Part shown: in pieces, positions 1 to 9,920 of the stretch
How the letters are laid out: every line of letters starts with the position of its first letter
How positions within the stretch are numbered: the stretch's first letter is position 1
The notes under the pieces: generated by a model
Databases searched by the model: none
Seen by the model: the letters and a program-made list of their open reading frames with translations, nothing else
What the model was told of the DNA's origin: nothing
Translations under genes and position numbers: made by a program
From: Candidatus Latescibacterota bacterium
GTDB taxonomy: Bacteria; Latescibacterota; UBA2968; UBA8231
Length of the DNA: 64,000 bases
Direction: 5' to 3'
Assembly (NCBI GenBank): GCA_965204725.1
Contig: OZ242005.1
Coordinates: forward strand, 4,704,001-4,768,000

Positions 1-1
1 C

Positions 2-541
2 GGCATTCGCTGTGGCAGCGGGTATTTTGCCGACTTGGAGGCCGGGTCTTTTCTCGCCGATATGGAGCACCTCGTGGTGCGGGACTTGCAGCTCGACGCG
101 CTGGTGGGGCCGGCGGACTTGGCCCAAGTGGCCGAACTGGCCCGGCGGCTGCCCGAATTGCGCATCGTCATCAACCACTGCGGCGGGGTCGGGACCGACG
201 GCGGCGATCCCGACCCGGTGTGGTTGGACGCCATGGCCGAAGCAGCCGAGCAACCGAAGATCTTTATGAAGGTCTCGGCGATCATGGAGCAAAGCAGGGT
301 AGAGCCGGTCCCGGAAGATTTGGACTTTTATCGCCCGATTCTCGACGCAATGTGGGACGCCTTTGGCGAAGACCGCGTGATCTACGGCAGCAATTGGCCG
401 GTCAGCGATCGAGCGGGGCGTTTCAAGGCCGCCATCTCCATTGTCAAAGCGTACTTTGGCGAAAAGGACGCGACCGAGAAGTACTTCTGGCAAAACAGCA
501 AGATCGCGTACAAGTGGCCAGAGCCGGCCGAGCTGCCCTGA
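2..541 (+). CDS. Amidohydrolase_2 family protein (L-fuconolactonase-like), 5'-partial
   Basis: The frame is open from the window edge. Motifs RIVINHCG, IFMKVSA and FGEDRVIYGSNWPV are typical of amidohydrolase_2. Confidence 0.8.
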   Translation, partial: GIRCGSGYFADLEAGSFLADMEHLVVRDLQLDALVGPADLAQVAELARRLPELRIVINHCGGVGTDGGDPDPVWLDAMAEAAEQPKIFMKVSAIMEQSRVEPVPEDLDFYRPILDAMWDAFGEDRVIYGSNWPVSDRAGRFKAAISIVKAYFGEKDATEKYFWQNSKIAYKWPEPAELP

Positions 542-568
542 TCGTATGCGACTACAGGGAGATTAAGA

Positions 569-1207
569 ATGTACGACGAATGGAAGCCCATCTACTCGGC
601 TTTGGTTACCGACATCATGGACCAACTCGGCTACCGCGATCAGGCCATGACCTCTGATATCCGGCCCAGCCGGGCCGACGCCTTCATCGCGGGTCCGGCC
701 CTCACCATTGACGCGTACGCCGATACCGACCCGCATCCCGATCCCTACGGCCAGATTTTTGCCGCCTACGATCAAGCTCGCCCCGGCGACGTGTTCGTCA
801 TTGCCACCAATGGCGAAGAACGCTCCGGCCTCTGGGGCGAGCTCCTCTCCACGGCCGCCCAAGCTCGCGGCGTCGAATCCGTGCTCACCGACGGCTTGGT
901 CCGCGATGTGCGCCAGATGAACGCCATGGGCTACAACTGCTTCTGCAAGGGGTACTCGCCGCTCGATTCGGCGGGCCGCATCCTCGCCAAAACGATCAAT
1001 CAACCGGTCACCTGCGGCGGGGTGCAGGTTCACCCCGGCGACTTTATCCTAGCCGACTACGATGGCGTGGCCGTGATTCCGGCGGCGATTAAAGGCGAAG
1101 TCAAAGAAAAGGCCATGGAGAAGCTGGCCGGGGAAAACGTCGTGCGCGATGAACTGGCCGCCGGGCAGTCGCCGAGGGCGGTTTTTGATCGGTATGGGAT
1201 ATTGTAA
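569..1207 (+). CDS. RraA family / HMG-CHA aldolase-like protein
   Basis: Motifs WGELLSTAAQARG, DGLVRD and HPGDFILADYDGVAVIP; AGGGAG RBS upstream. Confidence 0.85.
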   Translation: MYDEWKPIYSALVTDIMDQLGYRDQAMTSDIRPSRADAFIAGPALTIDAYADTDPHPDPYGQIFAAYDQARPGDVFVIATNGEERSGLWGELLSTAAQARGVESVLTDGLVRDVRQMNAMGYNCFCKGYSPLDSAGRILAKTINQPVTCGGVQVHPGDFILADYDGVAVIPAAIKGEVKEKAMEKLAGENVVRDELAAGQSPRAVFDRYGIL

Positions 1208-1307
1208 TTGTTGGACGCTCATAGACGACCTCGTGTTTTCATACAACACTGCTTGATAAACTTGGGTCTGTTCAGTATCATAACTATACCTTCCAAAGGA
1301 GAGACTT

Positions 1308-1499
1308 GTGCCGACGCTTTTTACAGCCGTAATAACCAAGAGCGAAGATTTGCCTTTATTCGTCGCTCGCTGTCCCCAAGTGGGCACGGTTAGTCAAGGA
1401 GAGACCGAGGAGGAAGCGTTGAAAAACCTCAAAGAGGCTACCGAGCTATACTTGGAAGAAGTCACAGACTCTTCACATCAGACTCTTCGCCTTGCCTAG
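1308..1499 (+). CDS. hicB: HicB family antitoxin (short form)
   Basis: VARCPQVGTVSQGETEEEALKNLKEATELYLE is the HicB signature; AAGGAG RBS precedes the GTG start. Confidence 0.85.
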   Translation: MPTLFTAVITKSEDLPLFVARCPQVGTVSQGETEEEALKNLKEATELYLEEVTDSSHQTLRLA

Positions 1500-1575
1500 C
1501 CTGCCCTCTGGTATCTCGGCTAGAAAAGCCCAACGTGCTCTCGAGCGCTTGGGCTTTCATTTTGTCCGGCAGACT
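1492..1575 (+). pseudogene. hicA: Truncated HicA toxin remnant
   Basis: MPSLPSGISARKAQRALERLGFHFVRQT matches a HicA N-terminus and overlaps the hicB stop. Similarity ends just before the expected GSH motif. Confidence 0.65.
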
Positions 1576-1630
1576 TGTTTTAGCGTTAGCAGCGCACGAC
1601 CTAAATTTTTCAAAGCAAAAGGAGATTCTC

Positions 1631-2943
1631 GTGAACCAACCCAAATCCATCGCCCCGGCCACGGGCAAACTCGGCGTCCTAATTCCCGGCATGGGTGCTG
1701 TGGCCACCACGGTTATCGCCGGCGTCGAAGCCATCAGAGCCGGTATCGGCCAGCCCATTGGCTCACTGACCCAGATGGCTACCATCCGCCTAGGCAAGCG
1801 CACTGCGGGCCGCTCGCCACTCATCAAGGACTTTGTGCCTCTGGCCGATCTCGACAGTCTAGTTTTTGGCGGCTGGGATGTCTTTCCAGAGGACGCCTAT
1901 GACTCGGCTGTCCACGCCGGCGTCTTGGACGAGAGGCTGCTCGACCAGATCAAGGATCCGCTCAAGGGCGTCAAGCCAATGCCCGCAATTTTCGACCGCA
2001 GTTACGTGCGCCGCCTCGAAGGCTCTAACGTCAAAAGCACCAAGAGCAAGTGGGACGCCGTGTTGGAAGTGCGCGAAGACATCCAGCGCTTCAAGGCGGA
2101 CAACCGCGTCGAGCGGCTGGTGATGATCTGGTGTGGCAGCACTGAGGTTTTCATGCAGCACCACGAAGTACACAACGAGATCGAGAGCCTCGAAAAAGCC
2201 ATTGAGGAAAACCACCCGGCCATTCCCCGAGCATGATCTACGCCTACGCCGCGCTACAGGAAGGCGTGCCCTTTCTTAACGGCGCGCCGAACTTGACCGT
2301 GGACGTCCCGGCCATGGTCGAATTGGCGCGGCAAAAGGGCGTGCCCATCGGCGGCAAGGACTTCAAGACCGGCCAAACCCTGATGAAGACCCTGCTCGCT
2401 CCCGGTCTCAAAGCGCGGATGCTCGGTGTGCAGGGCTGGTTTTCGACCAACATTTTGGGCAATCGCGACGGCGAGGTGCTCGACGACCCCGACTCATTTA
2501 AGACCAAGGAAGTCAGCAAGCTCGACGTGCTAGAGTTTATCTTGCAGCCCAACCTCTACCCCCAACTCTACGGCGATATTTACCACAAAGTGCGTATCAA
2601 CTACTACCCGCCGCGCGGCGACGAGAAAGAGGGTTGGGACAACATCGACATCTTCGGCTGGCTGGGTATGCCCATGCAGATCAAGGTCGATTTCCTCTGC
2701 CGCGATTCGATTCTCGCCGCGCCGCTGGTCTTGGATTTGGTGCTGTTTGCCGACTTGGCGCAGCGAGCGCAGATGGCGGGGATCCAAGAGTGGCTCTCGT
2801 TTTACTTCAAAAGCCCGATGACCGCGCCCGACCTCTACCCCGAACACGATCTCTTCATTCAGCTAATGAAGCTCAAGAATACGCTGCGCTTCTTGCGGGG
2901 TGAAGAGCTAATTACCCACTTGGGGCAAGAGTACTACGACTAA
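1631..2943 (+). pseudogene. ino1: Myo-inositol-1-phosphate synthase, split by a 1-nt frameshift near 2226-2229 (or a sequencing error)
   Basis: The N-half has GMGAVATT, LVFGGWD and MIWCGSTE. The C-half has GKDFKTGQT, STNILGNRDG and CRDSILAAPL. The junction ATTCCCCGAGCATG needs one more C to read IPPSM. Confidence 0.85.
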
Positions 2944-3025
2944 GGGTAAAGCCTGGGCGTGGTTATACCCGCCCTTCGCGCGTACCGCCGGCCACCAAAT
3001 GGCTGATATACGCCTGCCAGCACCC

Positions 3026-3841
3026 CTACTCCTTCACAGCACCCGCCGTCAGCCCCTGCGTGAAAAATCGCTGGGTGAAGAGAAAGAACAGCACCGTCGG
3101 CACCAAGGCGATGATTGAGGCCGCTGAAATGTAGCGCCAATTGACCCCAAAGACGCCTTGGAGACTGGCCAATCCCAATTGCAGGGTGTACAGCTCGCGG
3201 CTTTTGAGCACCACGAGCGGCCACAGAAAATCGTTCCACTGGGCCACGAAGGTAAAAGCCGCTTGAGCGGCGAGAGCCGGTTTGACTAGGGGCATCATAA
3301 TGCGCGCATAGATGGTCCACGGGCCGCAGCCGTCGATGCGGGCGGCGTCCTCTAGATCGGTGGGAATGGTGGTGAAGGCTTGGCGCAGGAGAAAGATGCC
3401 AAAGGCATTGACCGCCACCGGCAGGATGACGCCCGCATACGAATCCACGAGGCCCAGCTTCAAGGTGACGATAAAGAGCGGGATTAAGAGGACTTGGAAC
3501 GGCACCATGGTCGTCGCCAATATGCAGTAGAAAATGGCTTGGCGGCCGCGAAAGCGCATGCGGGCGAGGGCGTAACCAGCCAGCGAGCAGCACGCCAAAT
3601 TGAGCAAGACGGTGGCGATGGCAATGTAGAACGTATTGAAGAGGTAGCGCACAAACGGGAGGATGTTCCAAGCCTTGGCGAAGTTGCTCCAGACGATGGG
3701 GTCGGGAATCCACTGCGGAGGATGGGCGAACAGATCGGCCGCCTCGGATTTGAGCGCGGTAGATAGCAGCCAAGCGAAAGGGGCCAGCAAGATCGCGCCG
3801 ACCACACACAGGACCGCGTAGAGCAGAATGCGCTGGACCAT
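3026..3841 (-). CDS. Carbohydrate ABC transporter permease (MalG-like)
   Basis: Six TM segments and EAA-type motif LEDAARIDG. Confidence 0.9.
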   Translation of the reverse strand: MVQRILLYAVLCVVGAILLAPFAWLLSTALKSEAADLFAHPPQWIPDPIVWSNFAKAWNILPFVRYLFNTFYIAIATVLLNLACCSLAGYALARMRFRGRQAIFYCILATTMVPFQVLLIPLFIVTLKLGLVDSYAGVILPVAVNAFGIFLLRQAFTTIPTDLEDAARIDGCGPWTIYARIMMPLVKPALAAQAAFTFVAQWNDFLWPLVVLKSRELYTLQLGLASLQGVFGVNWRYISAASIIALVPTVLFFLFTQRFFTQGLTAGAVKE

Positions 3842-3842
3842 C

Positions 3843-4763
3843 TCAAGCTCCTCGCCCGGCGAGGCGAAAGTTGAGCAGGGCAAAGACCAATATGACGACC
3901 AGCAAGCAGAGCGAAACGGCCGCGGCGTACCCTACTTCGAGGTATTTGAATCCGAGCGTGTAGATGTAATAGGCCAACAAGTTGGTGCGGTGAAAGGGGC
4001 CGCCGCCGGTCATCACGTACACTTCGCCGAAGGTGCGCAAGGCCGCAATGGTGGCGATGATGGAGACCACGAGGGTGTAGGGCTTTATCGTCGGGATGAT
4101 GACGTGGTACACGACCTGCCACCAACCGGCTCCATCGACGCGGGCCGCTTCTTTGAGCGGGGCCGGGATGCCCTGCAAGCCAGCCAAATAGATGATCATG
4201 TAGTACGGCGCAGCCTTCCACACGGTGACCATGCCCACGGCAAACAGGGCAAGCGCCGGCTCGGTCAACCACGCAGTTTCGATCTCCACGCCCAGCAGGC
4301 CCAAGAACACCTCGGGGACGCCGCGCACATCGGCCAGCCACGACGGGCCGCTGACGCCCAGCCCCTTGAGGAAGGCGTTGAGCAGGCCGTCGGCGTTGTA
4401 GAGCCACTTCCAGACGATGCCAGCGACGACGATGGAGGTGACGACCGGAATGTAGTACAGGGTGCGAAACACTTTGATCAGCCGCAACGAGTTGTCGAGC
4501 AGGAGCGCCATGAAAAACGAGAGCACGACGAGCGCGGGCACGACGATGATCGCGTAGAGCAGGGTATTGGCCAAGACCCGCCAAAACAACTCATCGCCCC
4601 AAGCGCGGCGAAAATTGTCGAGGCCGACAAAGGTTGGCGGCGAGAAGATGTTATAGCGGTGCAGGCTGAGATAGAGCGTGTCGAGCAAGGGATAGGCGAA
4701 AAACAGGACCAGGAGCAACAGCCCGGGGGCGACAAAGCAATAAGGTGCGTAGCGTCCGTACAT
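3843..4763 (-). CDS. Carbohydrate ABC transporter permease (MalF-like)
   Basis: FVGLDNF and YLAGLQGIP..LKEAARVDGA motifs. Confidence 0.9.
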   Translation of the reverse strand: MYGRYAPYCFVAPGLLLLVLFFAYPLLDTLYLSLHRYNIFSPPTFVGLDNFRRAWGDELFWRVLANTLLYAIIVVPALVVLSFFMALLLDNSLRLIKVFRTLYYIPVVTSIVVAGIVWKWLYNADGLLNAFLKGLGVSGPSWLADVRGVPEVFLGLLGVEIETAWLTEPALALFAVGMVTVWKAAPYYMIIYLAGLQGIPAPLKEAARVDGAGWWQVVYHVIIPTIKPYTLVVSIIATIAALRTFGEVYVMTGGGPFHRTNLLAYYIYTLGFKYLEVGYAAAVSLCLLVVILVFALLNFRLAGRGA

Positions 4764-4773
4764 GGTTAAGGCT

Positions 4774-6042
4774 CTATTCGGGTTGGTCAGCGGCAAAGCG
4801 CAACAGGTGGTTCCACTTGGACTCAATGCGGCTCAGGGCCGCGGCCGCGCTCTGCTGACCAGCCAATGCTTTGGCGAACTCCTCGTGGAGGATGTCCTCC
4901 ATCCGGCTCCAGCCCTCGACGTCGGGTGGGGCCATGACAAAGGAGTGGGCGAGGTTGGCCGCGGAAAGCTGGTTGGCCGCGTCGGCCAGCGTGGTGGGTG
5001 GGCGGCGAAAATAGGGATCGGCGGCCGCAGCCACGGTTGAGGGCAAAATCGCGACTCGGCGGCAGAATTCGAGTTGGTTGGCGTCGTTGGTGACAAACAG
5101 CCCTAAGTCAACGGCTTCCTCTACGTGCGGCGAGGCTTTGGGCACGACCAAGACTTGGTTGGTGGCCGGCACTTGGCCGAGGCGGCCCCGCGGCATGGGT
5201 GCTGGGACCGCCTTTTTGGCAAAGGAGTCGTCGAAGTAGCGGGTGATCCACCCGCCGGAAAAGGGCAGCATGGCGGCCCGCCCCTCGATGAACCAATTGA
5301 CCTCGTCGCGGTGGGCCGCAGCGAGTGCTTCGGGCGGCACGATCCCTTGCTGATAGGCGTCGATCCACTTTTGCAAGATGGCCTCGGCCTCGGGGTGGTT
5401 GATGCGGGTGCGGCGGGCGTTGGGAACGAAGAGCGGCCAAAATCCATCTAGGCGCAACAGGGTCCAAGGCGGGGCTATGAGCGAGGGATGCAGCCGCCAA
5501 GAGACGCCGTATTTGCCGGTGCGCTCGCGGATTTGGCGGCCCATGGCGAGCATCTCGTCGATGGTCGCTGGCGGGTGCTCGGGGTCGAGGCCGGCTTGGG
5601 CGAAGAGGTCTTTGTTGTACCAGAGCATGGTGACGCCGGCGTACCACGGGATGGCGTAGTTGCGGCCTTGGAAGTAGCCGATGCCGCGCCAGAAGGTGGC
5701 GAGCCGTTTGGCCTTTTCGGCCGGCGCGACCGCCTCGTCCATATCGACGAGGATGTCGTATTGCAGGAAGCGGGGCAGGTCGTAGATGTTGGCCAAGTCA
5801 GGGGGCGCGTCGCCGACCAAGGCGGCGAGGAATTTTTCGGCCACTTCGCCGCCGCTGACATCCACCCACTTGACTTTTACGCCGGGACGCGCCTGCTCGT
5901 ACTCGGCGATCATGCCCAAGATGTAGTCGGCGAACGCATCGCCGAGGGCAATGGTCCAGAACTCGAGGGTGACCGGGGCGTCTTGGCGCGGCTCAGGGCC
6001 GCAGGACGAAAGGCCGAGGAGGAGGCAGAGGGCTAAGGGCAT
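4774..6042 (-). CDS. Sugar ABC transporter extracellular solute-binding lipoprotein
   Basis: Lipobox LSSC; family 1 SBP motifs YAIPWY and LWYNKDLF. Confidence 0.85.
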   Translation of the reverse strand: MPLALCLLLGLSSCGPEPRQDAPVTLEFWTIALGDAFADYILGMIAEYEQARPGVKVKWVDVSGGEVAEKFLAALVGDAPPDLANIYDLPRFLQYDILVDMDEAVAPAEKAKRLATFWRGIGYFQGRNYAIPWYAGVTMLWYNKDLFAQAGLDPEHPPATIDEMLAMGRQIRERTGKYGVSWRLHPSLIAPPWTLLRLDGFWPLFVPNARRTRINHPEAEAILQKWIDAYQQGIVPPEALAAAHRDEVNWFIEGRAAMLPFSGGWITRYFDDSFAKKAVPAPMPRGRLGQVPATNQVLVVPKASPHVEEAVDLGLFVTNDANQLEFCRRVAILPSTVAAAADPYFRRPPTTLADAANQLSAANLAHSFVMAPPDVEGWSRMEDILHEEFAKALAGQQSAAAALSRIESKWNHLLRFAADQPE

Positions 6043-6686
6043 TAGCGGCTCTTAAACAGGCTCTTGCGGCCTATCCTGCTGCACAAAGAACACTCGGTCG
6101 GTTGGTGGCCGCGCGCCGGGCAATGCTCGCGGCCGAAGTAGATGATTTGCAGATGCAGGTCGTTCCAGCGCGCTTGGGGGAAGAGACGCTTGCAGTCTCG
6201 TTCCGTCTGCTCAACGCTCTTGCCGCTGGACAGCCCCCAGCGGTAGATCAGCCGATGGATGTGGGTATCCACCGGAAAGGTCGGCACCCCGAAATTCTGG
6301 GCCAAAACGACTTGCGCGGTCTTGTGTCCCACCCCGGGCAGGCGTTCGAGCGCGGCTAGATCGGGTGGGACTTGGCCGCCGTGTTCGGCGAGCAGGATGT
6401 GCGAGAGTTGCCAGATGGACTTGGACTTGCGCGGGGCCAGCCCGCAGGGGCGAATGATTTGTTCGATCTCCTCCACGACCAGCTCGACCATGCGCTCGGG
6501 CCGGTCGGCGCGCGCAAAGAGCGCCGGCGTTACTTGGTTGACGCGCACATCGGTGCATTGCGCCGAAAGCAACACGGCAATGAGATGCGTGTAGGGATCC
6601 CGGCGTTTGAGCGGGACGGCGGGATTGGGATAGAGCCGCTGGAGTACGTCGAGGACGATCTGAACTTTGGCCGCGGTTGTTGGCAT
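6042..6686 (-). CDS. nth: Endonuclease III
   Basis: LLSAQCTD, HhH motif LPGVGHKTA, VDTH and a C-terminal Cys cluster. Confidence 0.93.
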   Translation of the reverse strand: MPTTAAKVQIVLDVLQRLYPNPAVPLKRRDPYTHLIAVLLSAQCTDVRVNQVTPALFARADRPERMVELVVEEIEQIIRPCGLAPRKSKSIWQLSHILLAEHGGQVPPDLAALERLPGVGHKTAQVVLAQNFGVPTFPVDTHIHRLIYRWGLSSGKSVEQTERDCKRLFPQARWNDLHLQIIYFGREHCPARGHQPTECSLCSRIGRKSLFKSR

Positions 6687-6720
6687 CCTATAGCAATCCT
6701 AAATGACTTGCAAGCATGTA

Positions 6721-6858
6721 GAGATGCTTCGCTACGCTCAGCATGACACACAGACAGCAGCTTCGTGCCCCAGCCCTTGTCATACTGAGCGTAGCGAAGT
6801 ATCTCATACCCAACACGCCATGCAGAACATCCCGTATGAAGGATGTAGGACGGCTATA
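6721..6858. repeat. REP-like palindromic element; 6768-6858 recurs inverted at about 61990-62082
   Basis: GAGATGCTTCGCTACGCTCAGCATGACA (6721-6748) pairs with TGTCATACTGAGCGTAGCGAAGTATCTC (6778-6805). A near-identical ~90-bp copy lies at 62 kb. Confidence 0.85.
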
Positions 6859-6874
6859 TCGCGTCCGCTGCTGC

Positions 6875-8008
6875 TCAAGATGATTTGCTGCTTGCCGCCC
6901 ACTGCTTTTTCATCTCCACCATCTCTTCATTCGGCGCGATTTTCCTGCGGGTGATCTGGCCGTTGGGATCGTGGAGCCAGCGGCCCTGATTGTCGCGGAG
7001 GACGGGCATTCGCTGGGCGACGGTGGGGGGTTCGGCCACGCGGGTGGGTTTGGCCGCGTACCAGTAGGCGACGCTGCTCATCTCGTTACAGAGGTGATTG
7101 CCGTGGCCGTGTTCGATGGTCGCCTTGATTTCCCGCTCAAAGCGAACCGGATTTTCGAGGTGGTGGACGTATGAGGTTTGGTAGCCGTCGGTGTTGTCTT
7201 CGTGAATGGAGGAGCCGTTGCGCAAAAAGGCGTTGTCCTGCATACCCCAAGCCTGATTGAGGTAGTCCTCGCTGCCGGTGCCGTGCAATTCGGGGGGCCA
7301 CTTGTAGCCATCGACCCAGATCATGTCGTCGCCCTCGCCCCACCAAGTGCCTTGGAAGTTGGTGACGCTGATGTTGCAGCCGATGTAGTGCCCGCGGCCT
7401 TGGGTCTCCAAGATGACGTAGTTGTGGTCCCAAGCAGTGTGTTCCTTGTTGGCGATGTTGGCCTCCGGCGCGTTGACGCGGATCTCGGGACCCCAGCCGC
7501 CAAAGGGATTTTCGCGGCGGAACTCCGCGTGGAAGTACCCGGCCTCGTTCGGCACCGCGCCGGTCTCGTAATCAACGTAGAAGTACTGGCGGTGCCGGTC
7601 GCTGCTCTCGTTGACCAGCTCGACGACGGCTCGCTGGCGGAAGGGCATTTGCACGTAGGAGTTGAGGGCGCAGCCGGCATTAAAAACATGGTTGCTGCGC
7701 GTCGAAGCAGAAAAAAGCAGGGACTGGTAGGAGTTGACGAGACCGTGCCCGAGGCCGAAGAAATCGCCCAACGGGCACACCACGCTGGGAAAATCTGCAT
7801 CGTCCCAAGTGATCTTGAGCAAGCACTCTCGGTAGTGATTGGCTTGGGTCAGCCAAAGGTGCGTGATGCGGCCGGGGCCTTTGATGTCGGCGAGGACGGT
7901 GCTCTCGCCGGGTTCGATCCACCAAGCGTCGCTGTTGCGGCCCGTTTCGTCCCAAGACGAGGCGCGCCCGGTCTGGGCGGCGCGGATGTAGGCGAGTTGG
8001 TCGAGCAT
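6875..8008 (-). CDS. DUF2961 domain protein (GH172-like glycoside hydrolase)
   Basis: Motifs GPGRITHLW, PLGDFFG, WWGEGDDM, GTGSEDY and IEHGHGN. Confidence 0.85.
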   Translation of the reverse strand: MLDQLAYIRAAQTGRASSWDETGRNSDAWWIEPGESTVLADIKGPGRITHLWLTQANHYRECLLKITWDDADFPSVVCPLGDFFGLGHGLVNSYQSLLFSASTRSNHVFNAGCALNSYVQMPFRQRAVVELVNESSDRHRQYFYVDYETGAVPNEAGYFHAEFRRENPFGGWGPEIRVNAPEANIANKEHTAWDHNYVILETQGRGHYIGCNISVTNFQGTWWGEGDDMIWVDGYKWPPELHGTGSEDYLNQAWGMQDNAFLRNGSSIHEDNTDGYQTSYVHHLENPVRFEREIKATIEHGHGNHLCNEMSSVAYWYAAKPTRVAEPPTVAQRMPVLRDNQGRWLHDPNGQITRRKIAPNEEMVEMKKQWAASSKSS

Positions 8009-8021
8009 GGAGGGCTCCTTT

Positions 8022-9236
8022 CTAAGCCTTGACGGCACCCGTCTTTTGCACCTGTTCGTAAATTCGAGCGAATTCCGCGGACCCGTCGTCGTTCCAGACC
8101 TCGCTCCGCACACCGCGCACATTGCCCTCGACAAACCCGGTCAGCCGCTCGACCGCCGGGATGCTCGGGGTGTAGTACCGAGTGCCGCCGGGCAGGTGCA
8201 AGACGCCGACGTGGCGCGGCAGTTCGCTCTGGGGCCGCGCAGCTAGTTCTTCTAATACGCGCTCATCGACCTCCACGCCCAGCCCCGGCCCCTCGGGCAC
8301 CGGAGTGCTGCCCTCGCTGACTTCGAGGCGGCCCCCGGTCACATCCTCGGCGTACTGGTCGTCGAGGTTGGTCGAATGCGAGACATTGGGAATGACCGCG
8401 CCCAAGTGCATGGCCATGGCCTTGCACAAGGTGCCGCCGGTGAGCTGGACCACAGTCGAAAGGCCGGCCGCGGCCGCAGCCAAGCCCCGGCGGATGGAGT
8501 GGCCAATGCCCATTTCGCCGATCATGTAGAGGTCGGCCACATCCCGCTGAATCTCCGGGCCACCCCCAAGCTGCGGCACGTGCATCAAAAGCGGCAGGAA
8601 GGTCTTGGAGCGCAGCAAGCGCCAGCCCTCGATGTCATAGGGATAGAGCGGGTCTTCCAAGAAGCCGACGACTGGAAACTTTTCCAGCTCATCGACGATC
8701 CGCAGCACGGCCGTAGCGGGCCGATTGTGGTTGAAGTCCCAGTGGACCTTAAAGCCGGGCGGCGCGACTTCTTGGGCGGCGCGCGTCTGTTCGATCACGT
8801 CGTGGTGTTCGGCCGAGTGCATCTTGAAAATGGTGTAGCCCTCTTGGGCGGCGCGTTGGATCTCGCGGGCAAAGTCCTCGGGGGCCGCCGGTCGGGTCCA
8901 CGCCGCCACGGGCACGCGGTCGCGGACCTTCTGGCCCAACAGCTTGTACGCCGGCTCTTCGATGGCCTTGCCCATGGCGTCGTACAGTGCGCCCATCAGG
9001 CCGGTGTTGAGTGCTCCGGCAACGTAATTGAACGGCGATTGGTCGATCAGGCCCGCGATTTGCCCTTCGGAGAGCGCGGTGTGACCGCGCGCATCGCCGT
9101 AGCCGACAACGCCGTTGTCGAGCGTCACGCGAAAGACGGTCTGGGTGTCGATTCCAGCGAAGCGGACCTCGTGGCCTTGGTAGCGGTCGCAGAGCCGCGG
9201 ATTGAGGTGAAAGCATTCGACGTTGGTGATTTTCAT
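8022..9236 (-). CDS. Mandelate racemase/muconate lactonizing enzyme (enolase superfamily) protein
   Basis: N-terminal capping domain, ALYDAMGKA..PAYKLLG, DFN, FLEDP and VPEGPGLGVEVD. Confidence 0.85.
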   Translation of the reverse strand: MKITNVECFHLNPRLCDRYQGHEVRFAGIDTQTVFRVTLDNGVVGYGDARGHTALSEGQIAGLIDQSPFNYVAGALNTGLMGALYDAMGKAIEEPAYKLLGQKVRDRVPVAAWTRPAAPEDFAREIQRAAQEGYTIFKMHSAEHHDVIEQTRAAQEVAPPGFKVHWDFNHNRPATAVLRIVDELEKFPVVGFLEDPLYPYDIEGWRLLRSKTFLPLLMHVPQLGGGPEIQRDVADLYMIGEMGIGHSIRRGLAAAAAGLSTVVQLTGGTLCKAMAMHLGAVIPNVSHSTNLDDQYAEDVTGGRLEVSEGSTPVPEGPGLGVEVDERVLEELAARPQSELPRHVGVLHLPGGTRYYTPSIPAVERLTGFVEGNVRGVRSEVWNDDGSAEFARIYEQVQKTGAVKA

Positions 9237-9255
9237 GGGTGTGCTCCTAAAAGGT

Positions 9256-9474
9256 TCAGTGAGAGGGACGCTCTTCTCGGGCCGTTTCAATTGCCGCCTC
9301 AATATCCTCGATAGTCAAATCCTTAAAAAGCTCCTTGCGCTCTTTAGTGTAGTCGCCGTAGCCCGTTGTGAATTGGCCGCAGAAGCGCACGGCATCTGCT
9401 GGCCCCATTTCCCGCACCAAGAGCTGGATAGCCTGCTCGTTAATGTCGCTTAATGGCCTAGCTGGGACTGCCAT
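9256..9474 (-). CDS. Small hypothetical protein, probable antitoxin partner of the PIN toxin
   Basis: 72 aa with LVREMGPADAVRF..GYGDYTKER; overlaps the PIN gene. Confidence 0.65.
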   Translation of the reverse strand: MAVPARPLSDINEQAIQLLVREMGPADAVRFCGQFTTGYGDYTKERKELFKDLTIEDIEAAIETAREERPSH

Positions 9475-9911
9475 TTTTCTATCTCCTCCGCAAGTTCTAA
9501 CGGTGAAACTGCTTTGGTTTTACCTTTGACCGCTCGCTTTGCTTTCCGCAGAAACGAATCGTCGCAAGTGCAGAAAAGGTCTGCCTCGCCAGCTTCAGCC
9601 GATGCAAGATGCAGACTGTCTAACGCCTCAATCCCTGTTTGGTGTAGCTCTTTGGTTCGCCTTGCTACAGTTTCCGAGTGTTGAATACATATCGGTGCCG
9701 CCAAAATAGTTTCCAAGGCAAATGCCCGGCGTACTGGGTGCGGATTACGCACAATTTCAAAAGTAAGCACATCGGACGACATAAGTTCAATGCGACCGGC
9801 TTTAACAAGATCGAGAATGCTCAAAACTGCTTCGGCCTCAAGGCGATTGCGAAGTTGCCACTTGTCGTCGAGAGGACGCTGAAGGCTGCAAGTGTCGAGA
9901 TAGACTCTCAT
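9450..9911 (-). CDS. PIN domain protein (VapC-like toxin)
   Basis: RVYLDTC, DSLHLASA and FCTCDD motifs. Confidence 0.85.
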   Translation of the reverse strand: MRVYLDTCSLQRPLDDKWQLRNRLEAEAVLSILDLVKAGRIELMSSDVLTFEIVRNPHPVRRAFALETILAAPICIQHSETVARRTKELHQTGIEALDSLHLASAEAGEADLFCTCDDSFLRKAKRAVKGKTKAVSPLELAEEIEKWQSQLGH

Positions 9912-9920
9912 GCTTGGCGG

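Noticed and set aside
1492-1902. 136-aa ORF as a full protein
   Set aside because: Only the first 28 codons are HicA-like; the rest is out-of-frame overlap with ino1.
3484-4769. Long alternative-frame and antisense ORFs here and throughout the window
   Set aside because: They are shadow ORFs expected at high GC and overlap well-supported genes.
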